Assembly: GCA_963794325.1 (NCBI GenBank) | Contig: CAWCDG010000007.1 | Coordinates: forward strand, 128,001-192,000 | Origin: an uncultured delta proteobacterium | GTDB lineage: Bacteria > Desulfobacterota > Binatia > Binatales > Binataceae | Reading direction: 5' to 3' | DNA length: 64,000 nt | Notes under the pieces: generated by a model | What the model saw: the letters and a program-made list of their open reading frames with translations, nothing else | Told to the model about the DNA's origin: nothing | The model's database searches: none | Position numbers and translations under genes: made by a program | Part shown: positions 30,596-39,965 of the stretch, piece by piece | Position numbering within the stretch: position 1 is the stretch's first letter | Layout of the letters: each line of letters opens with the position of its first letter

Positions 30596-30856
30596 ATGGC
30601 GGCTTCCAGACGTTCTGCAGTTCGCGCAATCGCAAGCAGCAGACTGACCAGTAAGGGCCAGGCTACGGTACCGCTACCGGTCCGCAAAAAACTGAATCTG
30701 GAGCCCGGGGACACGCTGTTATTCGAGGAGTCGCCAGCTGGAGTGGTACGCCTGCGCAAGGCCGAGCCGCTCGACCTCGAGTTCCTATCGGCGCTGGAAA
30801 ATACTCTCTCGGAATGGAATTCGGACAACGACGAAAAGGCTTACGGTGATCTGTAG
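30596..30856 (+). CDS. AbrB/MazE-family antitoxin
   Basis: SRLTSKGQATVPLPVRKKLNLEPGD AbrB fold; overlaps the toxin start. Confidence 0.9.
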   Translation: MAASRRSAVRAIASSRLTSKGQATVPLPVRKKLNLEPGDTLLFEESPAGVVRLRKAEPLDLEFLSALENTLSEWNSDNDEKAYGDL

Positions 30857-31178
30857 GCGAAACGACGTCGTCGTCGTGCCGTTTCCCTTCACCGACAGTC
30901 GCACCGTCAAGCGACGCCCGGCCCTCGCTCTCTCATCAGAAAGCTTCAGTCACGAGAGCGGCCACACGCTACTGGCGATGATAACGAGCGCGGCAAATCC
31001 GCCGTGGCCGCTCGACGTGTTGATTGACTCTGGCAAGGCGGGACTCCGGGCGGCGTCGAGGGTTAGAATGAAACTCTTCACCCTGGACAACCGCCTGATA
31101 GTGCACAAGGCAGGAGTCCTCACGGCGGCCGACCAACGAGCGGTAGCGGCAGCGGTCAGAAAGTTGATAGCCAAATAA
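30846..31178 (+). CDS. PemK/MazF-family toxin
   Basis: DVVVVPFPFTD..KRRPAL..LAMITS..GL..SRVR. Confidence 0.9.
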   Translation: MICRRNDVVVVPFPFTDSRTVKRRPALALSSESFSHESGHTLLAMITSAANPPWPLDVLIDSGKAGLRAASRVRMKLFTLDNRLIVHKAGVLTAADQRAVAAAVRKLIAK

Positions 31179-31222
31179 GGTTCGCGATCTCCTTGGCGCA
31201 CGAATCAAGACAGTTCTGCGCA

Positions 31223-31569
31223 TTTCTTGTCTTTGTGTCATTCAGAGCCGCCGCGGCGAAGAATCCTGGTTCTTTGATTTCCCATCTCCCTGCTAAGGAG
31301 AGGATCGAAAGTGAGGGACCTTATTCAGCACGCGATTTCATATCGCGCGCGATTCAAGATTCCGCTCGTTGCGTTATTCAGAGCGAAGCAAGCCCTGATT
31401 TTGACGGAAGCAGGAAGCTCGCATGCACCATGGTCGGGGTGCGTCGGCAGGCATGCAGAAAGATCCGGGATTCTTCGGTGCGCTCAGAATGACGCAAGGA
31501 AAAGGGGCACAGCACAAGAAAAAGCTCCGCGATTCTTCGCTTGCTCTAGAATGACGCGAAGACAAGAAA
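31223..31569. repeat. Nested inverted-repeat element (family B, GTCATTC..GAAGAATC)
   Basis: Outer arms 31223-31265 and 31531-31569; inner arms about 31369-31390 and 31469-31497; solo arm at about 37241-37268. Confidence 0.75.
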
Positions 31570-31630
31570 GGCGGGTCCTCAAAAATTGCGGGGTCGCCAA
31601 TTTGCGATTGCTGTGATAACAAGGCGCCTT

Positions 31631-32986
31631 ATGGCGCTTTCATTTCCTAAAGATTTTTTGTGGGGTACCGCCAGCGCTTCTTATCAGATCGAGGGCGGTC
31701 ATAACGAGGACGGGAAGGGCGAGTCGATCTGGGATCGCTTTTCGCACACGCCCGGCAAGATTAAGCACGGCGACACCGGCGACGTCGCGTGCGATTTCTA
31801 CCATCGCTATGCCGACGACATCGAGTTGATGTCGCAGCTCGGACTCAACGCGGCGCGGATTTCGCTCTCGTGGCCGCGCATCATGCCCAGCGGCAAGGGG
31901 CCGGTGAATCAGAAGGGCCTCGACTTCTACCGCCGCGTCGTCGACGAGATGCTCGCGCGCAACATCCAGCCGTGGGTTACGCTCTATCATTGGGATTTGC
32001 CGCAGACGCTCGAGGATGCCGGCGGATGGCCGAATCGCGACCTCGCCGAATATTTCCGCGACTACGCAGGGGTGGTGGCCGACGCGCTCGGCGATCGCGT
32101 GAAGCATTGGATGGCCTTCAACGAGCCGTGGATTTTCACGATCCTCGGTTATCACCTGGGGATACATGCACCGGGGCGCCGCGAAATCCAAAGCGCGATC
32201 AAGGCGACGCACACCGTCAATCTTGCGCAGGGGATGGCGGTGAGGGCGATTCGCGAATCGAAGAACCGTCCCGAGGCGGTCGGTACCGCCTTCAGCATGT
32301 CGCCGGTGCATCCGGAAACCCATTCGCTCGAGGACCGCACGGCGGCCGAGCGATGGAATCGGTTTTACAATATGTGGTTCCTCGACACCGTGATGCACGG
32401 CAAGTATCCGGAGGCGTACCTGAACGGATCGGTCGAGGATCACGTCGAGATACGCCCCGGCGACATGGACCTGATCAAGGCGCCACTCGATTTCATCGGA
32501 ATCAATCTCTACACGCGCGCGGTGGTCGCGCACGACTCGAGCGATCACAACATGGGCGTGAAGCAGGTCAGGCCCAAGGCCGACGAAGTCACCGAGTTTG
32601 GATGGGAAGTTTATCCGCAGGCGCTGTCGGAAATGATCCTGCACATCACGAAGTCCTATCCCGGCATCCCGATCTACGTGACCGAGAACGGATGCTCGTA
32701 CGGCGACGGGCCGGGCGCCGACGGCAAGGTCAATGACCAGCGCCGGGTGAGCTTCCTGCGCCGGTTTATCTTCGAGGTGGGGCAGGCGATGAAAGCCGGC
32801 GCCGACGTGCGCGGTTATTTTCTGTGGACGTTCACCGACAACTTCGAATGGGCCGAAGGATTCCAGCAGCGCTTCGGAATCGTGCACTGCGACTTCAAGA
32901 CGCAGCAGAGAATCGTCAAGGAAAGCGGGCATTGGTACTCGCGACTCGCGCGCACCGGCACGCTCGATTTCGATCCGGTGATCTGA
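31631..32986 (+). CDS. Glycoside hydrolase family 1 beta-glucosidase
   Basis: FPKDFLWGTASASYQIEG, TLYHWDLP, FNEP, YVTENG, DNFEWAEG. Confidence 0.96.
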   Translation: MALSFPKDFLWGTASASYQIEGGHNEDGKGESIWDRFSHTPGKIKHGDTGDVACDFYHRYADDIELMSQLGLNAARISLSWPRIMPSGKGPVNQKGLDFYRRVVDEMLARNIQPWVTLYHWDLPQTLEDAGGWPNRDLAEYFRDYAGVVADALGDRVKHWMAFNEPWIFTILGYHLGIHAPGRREIQSAIKATHTVNLAQGMAVRAIRESKNRPEAVGTAFSMSPVHPETHSLEDRTAAERWNRFYNMWFLDTVMHGKYPEAYLNGSVEDHVEIRPGDMDLIKAPLDFIGINLYTRAVVAHDSSDHNMGVKQVRPKADEVTEFGWEVYPQALSEMILHITKSYPGIPIYVTENGCSYGDGPGADGKVNDQRRVSFLRRFIFEVGQAMKAGADVRGYFLWTFTDNFEWAEGFQQRFGIVHCDFKTQQRIVKESGHWYSRLARTGTLDFDPVI

Positions 32987-33010
32987 GCACGTGACTGAGC
33001 CGGGGCCGCT

Positions 33011-33601
33011 ATGAACGGCGGCGAATTCCTGATGTGGCTGCACCTGTGCGCGATGGCGTCTTACGTCGGCGCGCAGTTCGCGGTCATTTATATGCTGATT
33101 CCGGCTGCGGAGACCGCGCCCAACGAGGCCTCGCGGCGCGCGAGCCTGATCGCGGGCTTCAAGTTCTACAACCCGTTCACGATCGGCGTGCTGGGAATTA
33201 TTGTGATTAGCGGGGCGATGCGGCTGACGGACTTGAAAGCGTCGATGAAGTTCGACTACTTCGCGCGGATCGGTTCCGCGCTCGAACTGAAGTTGCTGCT
33301 GGCGTTTCTGCTCATCTTCATCCAGACCTACATCACGTTCGGGCTGGCATTCAGGATCGGCCGCCAGGAAGAGGTGGCCGCACACGGCGACGGCGACGCG
33401 TTCACGGTCGAACAGCTCAACTCGATGCTCCGCCGAATCCGCGCGATGGCGTGGTTCACGATCGTGCTGGCTGCCGCCGTCATCTGGGTATCGCTCACCA
33501 TGGTTGCGCGCGCGGTGGACGAGCCCGCCCCGGTTCCGCGCATCTCCGCGCGATCGACATCGAGCCGGGTGCCGGTGTTGGCGACGCGCGTCATGACTTA
33601 G
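33011..33601 (+). CDS. Four-TM membrane protein (CopD/DUF2269-like)
   Basis: WLHL..YVG first helix, four hydrophobic segments, LELKLLL. Confidence 0.7.
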   Translation: MNGGEFLMWLHLCAMASYVGAQFAVIYMLIPAAETAPNEASRRASLIAGFKFYNPFTIGVLGIIVISGAMRLTDLKASMKFDYFARIGSALELKLLLAFLLIFIQTYITFGLAFRIGRQEEVAAHGDGDAFTVEQLNSMLRRIRAMAWFTIVLAAAVIWVSLTMVARAVDEPAPVPRISARSTSSRVPVLATRVMT

Positions 33602-33774
33602 TGCGCGAGCGCGAGCAGCGAGCCGACGATGTACGCGACGGTGATGACGCCGAATATCGCGCCCGGCAGTTCGTTCAGCATGCTGTACTGCGCAAACCGG
33701 ATCTCTTCGCTGACTGGAGCCTCGACGACTGAGGCGATTCCTGCGAACCTTGCTTCTGTGGTTGATGCGTTCAT
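33598..33774 (-). CDS. 58-aa single-TM microprotein, paralog 2 (below the ORF-track cutoff)
   Basis: RBS GGGAG; MNASTTEARFAGIASVVEAPVSEEIRFAQYSMLNELPGAIFGVITVAYIVGSLLALAH*; homologous to 33807-33983. Confidence 0.8.
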   Translation of the reverse strand: MNASTTEARFAGIASVVEAPVSEEIRFAQYSMLNELPGAIFGVITVAYIVGSLLALAH

Positions 33775-33806
33775 TTCAATTCTCCCGTAAAACTTTTCGG
33801 ACGACT

Positions 33807-33983
33807 TTAGGCCAACGCCACCAGCGAGCTGACGATGTATCCGAGCGTGATCAAGCCGAACACGATTCCGGGCAATTCGCTGAGCAGACTATTCTGCGCG
33901 AGCCGGGTTCCGGCGGTGGCTTCGACCACTTCGTTGTTGCTGGTGATTGCGTTGAGAGTTGCTTCGTTGGTGATTGCGTTCAT
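33807..33983 (-). CDS. 58-aa single-TM microprotein, paralog 1
   Basis: RBS GGAGGG; MNAITNEATLNAITSNNEVVEATAGTRLAQNSLLSELPGIVFGLITLGYIVSSLVALA*. Confidence 0.8.
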   Translation of the reverse strand: MNAITNEATLNAITSNNEVVEATAGTRLAQNSLLSELPGIVFGLITLGYIVSSLVALA

Positions 33984-34020
33984 TTTCGGTCCCTCCGTGT
34001 TCGTTGACTGACAGGGGGTA

Positions 34021-34037
34021 AAGCAAGGGCTGTACCA
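34021..34037 (-). promoter_or_regulatory. sigma54 -24/-12 promoter
   Basis: Minus strand TGGTACAGCCCTTGCTT has exact GG-N10-GC spacing, about 40 nt upstream of ATG 33983. Confidence 0.75.
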
Positions 34038-34099
34038 TCGAAAAAACTCTCGATTTAGCAACGATTCTCCACTGTGGAGCTTCGCGATAGGCTTCCGAT

Positions 34100-34132
34100 A
34101 ATTAATGAAAAGTTATAAAAATCAATGGTTTA
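34100..34132 (+). promoter_or_regulatory. IHF-binding site
   Basis: AATCAATGGTTTA (34120-34132) matches WATCAANNNNTTR and is preceded by an A/T tract. Confidence 0.65.
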
Positions 34133-34298
34133 GCGGAAATCGCAGAATGCGAGATAGAAACGAGCCTTCTTTCGTTTTCGCGGTAAATTTCCTTTATCGC
34201 GAATCGTCGCAACTGCACCTATGCAGCTATAATGCTGCGGTGCGGCTCCTCGGGCGCCGCTATTTGATCCTGTTCGATACGTCTGCGAGAGTGGCCTG

Positions 34299-35072
34299 AT
34301 GGCGAGTGAGACGAATCAGGAAGCGCCGCAATCCAACGGCAAAGCGACCGGAGGATTGAAGCCAACGACCGCGACGCTGCTGGCCGACGCGATCGCGTCG
34401 CCCATAGGGCAGCCTCATTTCATCCGCAGTCTCGCGCTGCACTTCGCCGAGACCACGATCTTCCTGGTCGCGGCAATCGGCGCGATCGCGCTGGGTCTCG
34501 GAATCACCGCCTACTTCGCCGAGCATGACTACATGCTCGCGTACCTGGTCGCTTACGCTGGATTTCGTTTTTCGGATTTGATTGTGCGCGAAGATGCGGA
34601 GGACCGGCCGGCGCACGAGGAGCTCGCCCGCCGGATCTATGTGCAGCTCCCGATCCTTATTGTGTTTGCGGCCGCGCCGTTCGAGCGCACCTACGTTTAC
34701 GGTGGCGCGGCGCCGGCGTTGTCGAGCGCGATCGGGCTATTGATCGAACTGCTCGGGATGTGGCTCGCGCTCGGCGCGCGAATTCAACTTGGATTTTTCA
34801 CCGCGGGGCGGACGCCCGAGCATCCGGTGCTGGTCAAGCGGGGATTCTATCGCCACATCAGGCATCCGATTTATGCCGGGACATTCCTGGTGACGTTCGC
34901 ATGGACGCTCATTTACGGCGCGCCCGTCACCGCGATTCTCACGCTGATCATCGGAGCAGTTTTCGCGCATCGACAGATGAAGTCCGAAGAGGAAGCGCTG
35001 CGTGCGCGATTCGGCGAGGAGTACGATGGCTACCGGCGCGAAACCGACGCGTTGATTCCGGCTATCTGGTGA
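34299..35072 (+). CDS. Isoprenylcysteine carboxylmethyltransferase / PEMT-family membrane protein
   Basis: LVKRGFYRHIRHPIYAG, EEEALRARFGEEY..Y. Confidence 0.85.
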   Translation: MASETNQEAPQSNGKATGGLKPTTATLLADAIASPIGQPHFIRSLALHFAETTIFLVAAIGAIALGLGITAYFAEHDYMLAYLVAYAGFRFSDLIVREDAEDRPAHEELARRIYVQLPILIVFAAAPFERTYVYGGAAPALSSAIGLLIELLGMWLALGARIQLGFFTAGRTPEHPVLVKRGFYRHIRHPIYAGTFLVTFAWTLIYGAPVTAILTLIIGAVFAHRQMKSEEEALRARFGEEYDGYRRETDALIPAIW

Positions 35073-35685
35073 GGTCGCTGCGCGCCTGGAACTGGCAGAG
35101 GATGAGCGAGCAGTAGTCGTCGCCGTCGCGGCGGCTGACAAACCTCGCCCCGCATCCCGCGCATTCGCGAATCGATTCGTCACGCTTTAGCAACACGATC
35201 AGCTCTGGCTCGATGGCTGAGTCGTCGATGTTCGGTGCTGGCGGCTTTCGCTCCTCTGGCGACGCTCCGTCGGCGACGAGCTTGCGATTGGCACCGGTTA
35301 GTGCGAGTTGGTCGGCGCGATTATTGGTCGCATCGCTGCCGTGGCCGCGGACCCATTCGAATCGTACGCGACGCTTCGCCACTTCGGCGTCGAGCAGTTG
35401 CCATAAATCGTTATTCTTGTTGCGCTTGTAATGCAGCGTCATCGAATCCACGACGTACCTGCTGTCGCTGCGAAGAACCACCTCCGCGCCGGGAGGAGTC
35501 ATGCGCAGGCCCTCGATCGCGGCCATCAATTCCATGCGGTTGTTGGTGGTCGCAGAATCGTGACCGTTATCTTCCGTCACAACTCCATTGGGATCGCGCA
35601 CCACGACGCCCCACCCGCCCGGGCCGGGGTTACCGAGGCATGAGCCGTCAGCGTACACGAGATATTCGCGAGAAGCGGGAGCCAT
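35062..35685 (-). CDS. rnhA: Ribonuclease HI with C-terminal 4-Cys extension
   Basis: YADGSCLGNPGPGGWG, TTNNRMEL, SDSRYV, WVRGH, NRADQLA. Confidence 0.9.
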   Translation of the reverse strand: MAPASREYLVYADGSCLGNPGPGGWGVVVRDPNGVVTEDNGHDSATTNNRMELMAAIEGLRMTPPGAEVVLRSDSRYVVDSMTLHYKRNKNNDLWQLLDAEVAKRRVRFEWVRGHGSDATNNRADQLALTGANRKLVADGASPEERKPPAPNIDDSAIEPELIVLLKRDESIRECAGCGARFVSRRDGDDYCSLILCQFQARSDLTR

Positions 35686-35694
35686 GGGCGAATT

Positions 35695-37152
35695 CTAGCT
35701 GAGGCCGCGGATATTTCGCAGCCGGGTGAACCAGTCGGCGTATTGGCTCGCGGCACGATCCCACGAAAAATCGGACGCGAAGCAGTTTGCCATCAGCGCC
35801 CGCCACTTCGCGCGATCGCGGAAGGTCGTTACCATCCGATTCAGCGCAGCGACCATTTGATCGGCGTCGAACTTGTCGAATGAGAAGCCGTTGCCGGTCT
35901 GCGTCGTGGGATCGAACTCGTGCACGGTGTCGCGCAATCCGCCGGTGGCGCGAACTACGGGTGCAGTGCCGTAGCGCAATGCGTACATCTGGGTCAGTCC
36001 GCACGGCTCGAATCGCGACGGCATCAGGAATGCGTTGCTACCGGCCTGGATTCGATGCGCCATCGTGTTGTTGAACTCGATAATCGCGCGAAGTTTATCC
36101 GGATAACGTTTCTCGGCATCCTTGAAAAATTTTTCGAGTACTTCATCGCCGCTCGCCAGCATGACGAGCTGCAAGTCCAGGCGCATCACGGCGTCGAGCG
36201 CGTCCCGCAGCAGATCGACGCCTTTTTGGCCGGTCATGCGGGTGACCATTCCCACTACCGGCCAGTTTTCATGATTGGGCAGCTTAAGCGAATCGCGCAG
36301 CTCGCGCGTGCATTTGCGTTTGCCATCGGGCTTCGCGGGCGTGTAGGTCGCCGCGATATCGCGATCGGTGGCGGGGTTCCATTCGTCGTAGTCTGCGCCG
36401 TTCAGGATTCCGACGAAGTTCGGGCCCTTGTCGCGAATCACTCCCTCGAGGCCAAAGCCGAGTTCCGGGTCGGTGGTGATTTCGTGGGCGTAAGTCGGGC
36501 TCACGGTCGAAGCGCCGTCGCTCAGAACGATGGCGCCCTTCATCAGGTTCAGATGTCCGTAAAATTCCAGGTAGTCGGTCGAATTGTAGGCGGCGTCGAG
36601 ATTCAGCAGCGCAAAGTCCTCGCGCTTGCTGATTCCCTGGAACGCAAGATTGTGAATCGTGAAGACCGACAGCGCCCGCTTGAAGCGGGAGCGAAGCGCG
36701 TTGTCGGCGCGCATCGCAATCGGGGTGGTCGCCGCGTGCCAGTCGTGGGCGTGGACTACGTCGGGCGCGATTATCTCGGCGGACGCGATCGCCGCGGCGC
36801 GGCCAAAGAAAACGAAGCGGCGCATGTTGTCGGGATAGTCCTTGCCATTCTCGCCGTAGATTCCGCTGCGCGCGAAAAATCCCGGGTGGTCGATCAGGTA
36901 CATCGGCACGCCATGCGGATCGGTCGCGCGCAAGACGGAGAAACGTTCGGTGCTCGAGCCGAATGGCATCGAGATGTCGCGCATCATCGACGCGGTCTCG
37001 ACGTTTTCCTTGATGGATGTGTAGCCGGGTACGATCAGCGACGTTTCGTGGCCGATCGCTTTCAGTGCGCCTGGCAATGAGCCAATCACGTCGGCGAGGC
37101 CGCCGGCTTTTGCGTGGGGCGTAGCTTCGGCGGCGACGATGGCGATTTTCAC
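35695..37152 (-). CDS. glgA: Glycogen synthase
   Basis: KAGGLADV, HAHDWH, TIHNLAFQG, MPSRFEPCGLTQM. Confidence 0.96.
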   Translation of the reverse strand: MKIAIVAAEATPHAKAGGLADVIGSLPGALKAIGHETSLIVPGYTSIKENVETASMMRDISMPFGSSTERFSVLRATDPHGVPMYLIDHPGFFARSGIYGENGKDYPDNMRRFVFFGRAAAIASAEIIAPDVVHAHDWHAATTPIAMRADNALRSRFKRALSVFTIHNLAFQGISKREDFALLNLDAAYNSTDYLEFYGHLNLMKGAIVLSDGASTVSPTYAHEITTDPELGFGLEGVIRDKGPNFVGILNGADYDEWNPATDRDIAATYTPAKPDGKRKCTRELRDSLKLPNHENWPVVGMVTRMTGQKGVDLLRDALDAVMRLDLQLVMLASGDEVLEKFFKDAEKRYPDKLRAIIEFNNTMAHRIQAGSNAFLMPSRFEPCGLTQMYALRYGTAPVVRATGGLRDTVHEFDPTTQTGNGFSFDKFDADQMVAALNRMVTTFRDRAKWRALMANCFASDFSWDRAASQYADWFTRLRNIRGLS

Positions 37153-37365
37153 CGATACAATTGCGAGGAACTCGGAATTTGGACCCTCACCGGCGCCGGA
37201 AGCGCGGCCCCTCCCTGATAGGGAGAGGCGAGGAAGGATCGGGTTCCTTCGCTGCGCTCAGGATGACACAAAAAGAGGAGGACACAAGAAATCGGCATTG
37301 CTCAGTTACAGCTTGAATCCCGTGAAGTAACGGGCGAGGTAGGAAGGAGCGCGCCCGCGCGCAAG

Positions 37366-37410
37366 GAACCTAACCCCTAACCCCTTCCCGCGCGGGAAGG
37401 GGAACCGGAT
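37366..37410. repeat. Repeat family C (CCTAACCCCTAACCCC + hairpin), copy 1
   Basis: 45 bp, matching 48630-48674 at 43 of 45 positions. Confidence 0.88.
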
Positions 37411-37441
37411 CCGCGAGGACGCGCGCGTCCTCCCTTCTTAA

Positions 37442-37502
37442 CACTGGGTGCAGGGGTCACCCCTGCCCAGGGAGGTGTGGAACCCACGGTGGGTTCCACA
37501 TT
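37442..37502 (+). repeat. Repeat family A, copy with compensatory change
   Basis: CACTGGGTGCAGGGGTCACCCCTGC..GTGGAACCC-ACGGT-GGGTTCCAC. Confidence 0.85.
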
Positions 37503-37517
37503 AGATAAAATCCTTCC

Positions 37518-39965
37518 CTAGTTCAGTACGGTTCGCTCGGTTCGCGCGGTCGCCGGGGTTGGGGCCACGGGTTCTGCGCCCGGCTGTGCGGCGCCGTCTG
37601 CGTCGCGCAGAGCATGCCGGATGACCTCGTCGACGGTGTCGACGAAAATCATTTCGAGCTCTTTGCGGAGTTCAGGCTGGATATCCTCGAGGTCGCGCTC
37701 GTTGCGCCGCGGCATGATGATCGTTTTGATTCCCGCGCGCCGTGCGGCGAGCACTTTCTCCTTGATTCCGCCAACCGGCAGCACTTTGCCGCGCAGCGTA
37801 ATCTCGCCGGTCATCGCGATATCCGAGCGAACCGGCCGCCCGCTCAGCAGCGACGCCAGCGACGCCGCGATCGTCACGCCGCCCGACGGACCATCTTTGG
37901 GGATTCCGCCCGCGGGGATGTGGACGTGGATGTCGGACTTGTCGTAGAAGTCCGGCTGGATTCCGAGTGCAGCCGCATGGCTGCGCACGTACGACAGCGC
38001 CGCCTGCGCCGATTCTTTCATCACGTCGCCGAGCGAGCCGGTAAGGTTGAGGCCCTTCTGCCCCGACATCCGGGTGCTCTCGATAAACATTATCTCGCCG
38101 CCATTGGGCGTCCACGCCAGGCCGGTGGCAACTCCCGGCTCCTGCGTGCGTTCCGCGACTTCCGAAAAGAAGCGCGGCGCGCCGAGATACTTCTGAACGT
38201 CGTCGCCGCTGACGACCGCGGGCGCCGTGCCGCCTTCAGTAATCGAACGCGCGATCTTGCGGCATACGCGAGCGATCTCGCGCTCGAGATTTCTCAGCCC
38301 CGCCTCGCGCGTGTAGCTGTGAATTATCTCGCGCAGCGCCTCTTCCGAGAACTCTATCTTCTGATCGCCGAGTCCATTCTCGATGAGCTGCTTGGGAATC
38401 AGGTGACGCTGCACGATTTGCAGCTTTTCTTCCTCGGTGTATCCCGGCAGCTCGAGGACTTCCATCCGGTCGCGCAGCGCGTGCGGCACCGGGTCGAGCA
38501 TGTTGGCGGTGGTCAGGAACAGGACCTTCGAAAGATCGAAGGGCACGTCCAGATAGTGATCGGCGAAGGTGTTGTTCTGTTCGGGATCGAGCACCTCGAG
38601 CAGTGCCGAGGCCGGGTCGCCGCGGAAGTCCATGCCGAGCTTGTCCACCTCGTCGAGGATGAACAGCGGATTGTTCGAGCCCGCGTTGCGGAGCCCCTGG
38701 ATAATTCTTCCCGGCAACGATCCAATGTACGTACGTCGATGCCCGCGAATCTCGGCCTCGTCGCGGATGCCGCCGAGCGACAGCCGCACGAATTTGCGGC
38801 CGAGTGCGCGCGCGATCGATTTGCCGAGCGAAGTTTTGCCGGTGCCAGGAGGACCGACGAAGCACAGGATCGGCCCCTTGGTATCGTTCTTCAGTTTGCG
38901 CACGGCGAGAAATTCGAGGATGCGCTCCTTGATTTTTTCGAGATCGTAATGATCCTCGTCGAGCACCTGGCGCGCGTGCCGGATGTCGAGGTTGTCCTCG
39001 GTCGAGACGCCCCACGGCAGGCTGACGAGCCAGTCGAGATAGGTGCGCACGACGGTATGCTCGGCCGATTCCGGCGGGATCATCTTGAGGCGCTCGAGTT
39101 CCTTGTCGGCGACTTTGCGCGCCTCGGGGGACATCTTCGCCTCTTCGATCTTCTTCTCGATCTCTTCGACTTCGGAACTGCGCGGGTCACCTTCGCCAAG
39201 CTCTTTCTGAATCGCCTTGAGCTGCTGGCGCAGATAATATTCGCGCTGATTTTTGTTGAGCTCGGTCTGCACCTGCGACTGGATCTTGTGCCCGAGTTCG
39301 AGCATCTCGATCTCGCGCCCAAGGATCGCGATCAGCTTTTCCAGCCGTCCGCGAACGTCGAGCGTGGCGAGAAGGTCCTGCGCTTCCTCGATTGGAATCT
39401 TCAGGTAAGAGGCGACCATGTCGGCGAGCCGGCTGGCCTCCTTCACCTGCATCGCCATCACCTGCAATTCGTCGGGCAGGTAGGGCACGAGCGAAACGAA
39501 CTTGGAGAACTGGCTCACCAGATGCGCATGGAGCGCGTCGATCTCTTTGTCGGATGATACCGGCTCGACCAGCCGCGTCACATGCGCGAGGAAATATGGC
39601 TCGCGCTGCGTGAATTGCCCCAGATTGATTCGCGCGAGTCCCTGCACCAGGACGCGCACGCTCTGATCGGGATAACGCAGCATCTTGAGGATGCGCACCG
39701 CGGTGCCGCTCGGGAACAATCCCTCGGGCGTGGGCTGCTCGTCTTCCGGATTTTTTTGAGCTGCGAGCGCGATGACCTTATTGGTCTGCCCGCACTCCTC
39801 GATAAGCTTCAGCGAAGACGGCCGCGATACCAGGAACGGATGTATCTGACTTGGGAAGATCACGATGCCGCGCAAGGGCAGCACCGGCAAAATATCGGGT
39901 ATTTCGGCCTTGCTCAGATCCTCTTCAATCTCGAAACGTTTTTCCCCTTTCGGTTTATCTGCCAT
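37518..39965 (-). CDS. lon: ATP-dependent Lon protease
   Basis: LPVLPLR N-domain, GPPGTGKTSL, LDEVDK, KDGPSGG, LPVGGIKEK. Confidence 0.97.
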   Translation of the reverse strand: MADKPKGEKRFEIEEDLSKAEIPDILPVLPLRGIVIFPSQIHPFLVSRPSSLKLIEECGQTNKVIALAAQKNPEDEQPTPEGLFPSGTAVRILKMLRYPDQSVRVLVQGLARINLGQFTQREPYFLAHVTRLVEPVSSDKEIDALHAHLVSQFSKFVSLVPYLPDELQVMAMQVKEASRLADMVASYLKIPIEEAQDLLATLDVRGRLEKLIAILGREIEMLELGHKIQSQVQTELNKNQREYYLRQQLKAIQKELGEGDPRSSEVEEIEKKIEEAKMSPEARKVADKELERLKMIPPESAEHTVVRTYLDWLVSLPWGVSTEDNLDIRHARQVLDEDHYDLEKIKERILEFLAVRKLKNDTKGPILCFVGPPGTGKTSLGKSIARALGRKFVRLSLGGIRDEAEIRGHRRTYIGSLPGRIIQGLRNAGSNNPLFILDEVDKLGMDFRGDPASALLEVLDPEQNNTFADHYLDVPFDLSKVLFLTTANMLDPVPHALRDRMEVLELPGYTEEEKLQIVQRHLIPKQLIENGLGDQKIEFSEEALREIIHSYTREAGLRNLEREIARVCRKIARSITEGGTAPAVVSGDDVQKYLGAPRFFSEVAERTQEPGVATGLAWTPNGGEIMFIESTRMSGQKGLNLTGSLGDVMKESAQAALSYVRSHAAALGIQPDFYDKSDIHVHIPAGGIPKDGPSGGVTIAASLASLLSGRPVRSDIAMTGEITLRGKVLPVGGIKEKVLAARRAGIKTIIMPRRNERDLEDIQPELRKELEMIFVDTVDEVIRHALRDADGAAQPGAEPVAPTPATARTERTVLN

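Noticed and set aside
29500-31570. Palindromic repeats as a CRISPR array or IS ends
   Set aside because: No regularly spaced direct repeats with unique spacers, and no cas or transposase gene in the window
33598-33983. Twin microproteins as Flp/type IV pilins or inovirus coat proteins
   Set aside because: No Gly at -1 with Glu at +5 and no Flp EY motif; no basic C-terminus and no phage genes nearby
11223-39557. Long antisense ORFs (e.g. 11223-12914, 31640-33385, 35920-37080, 37614-39557)
   Set aside because: Shadow frames of well-supported genes in high-GC DNA, with no recognisable motifs
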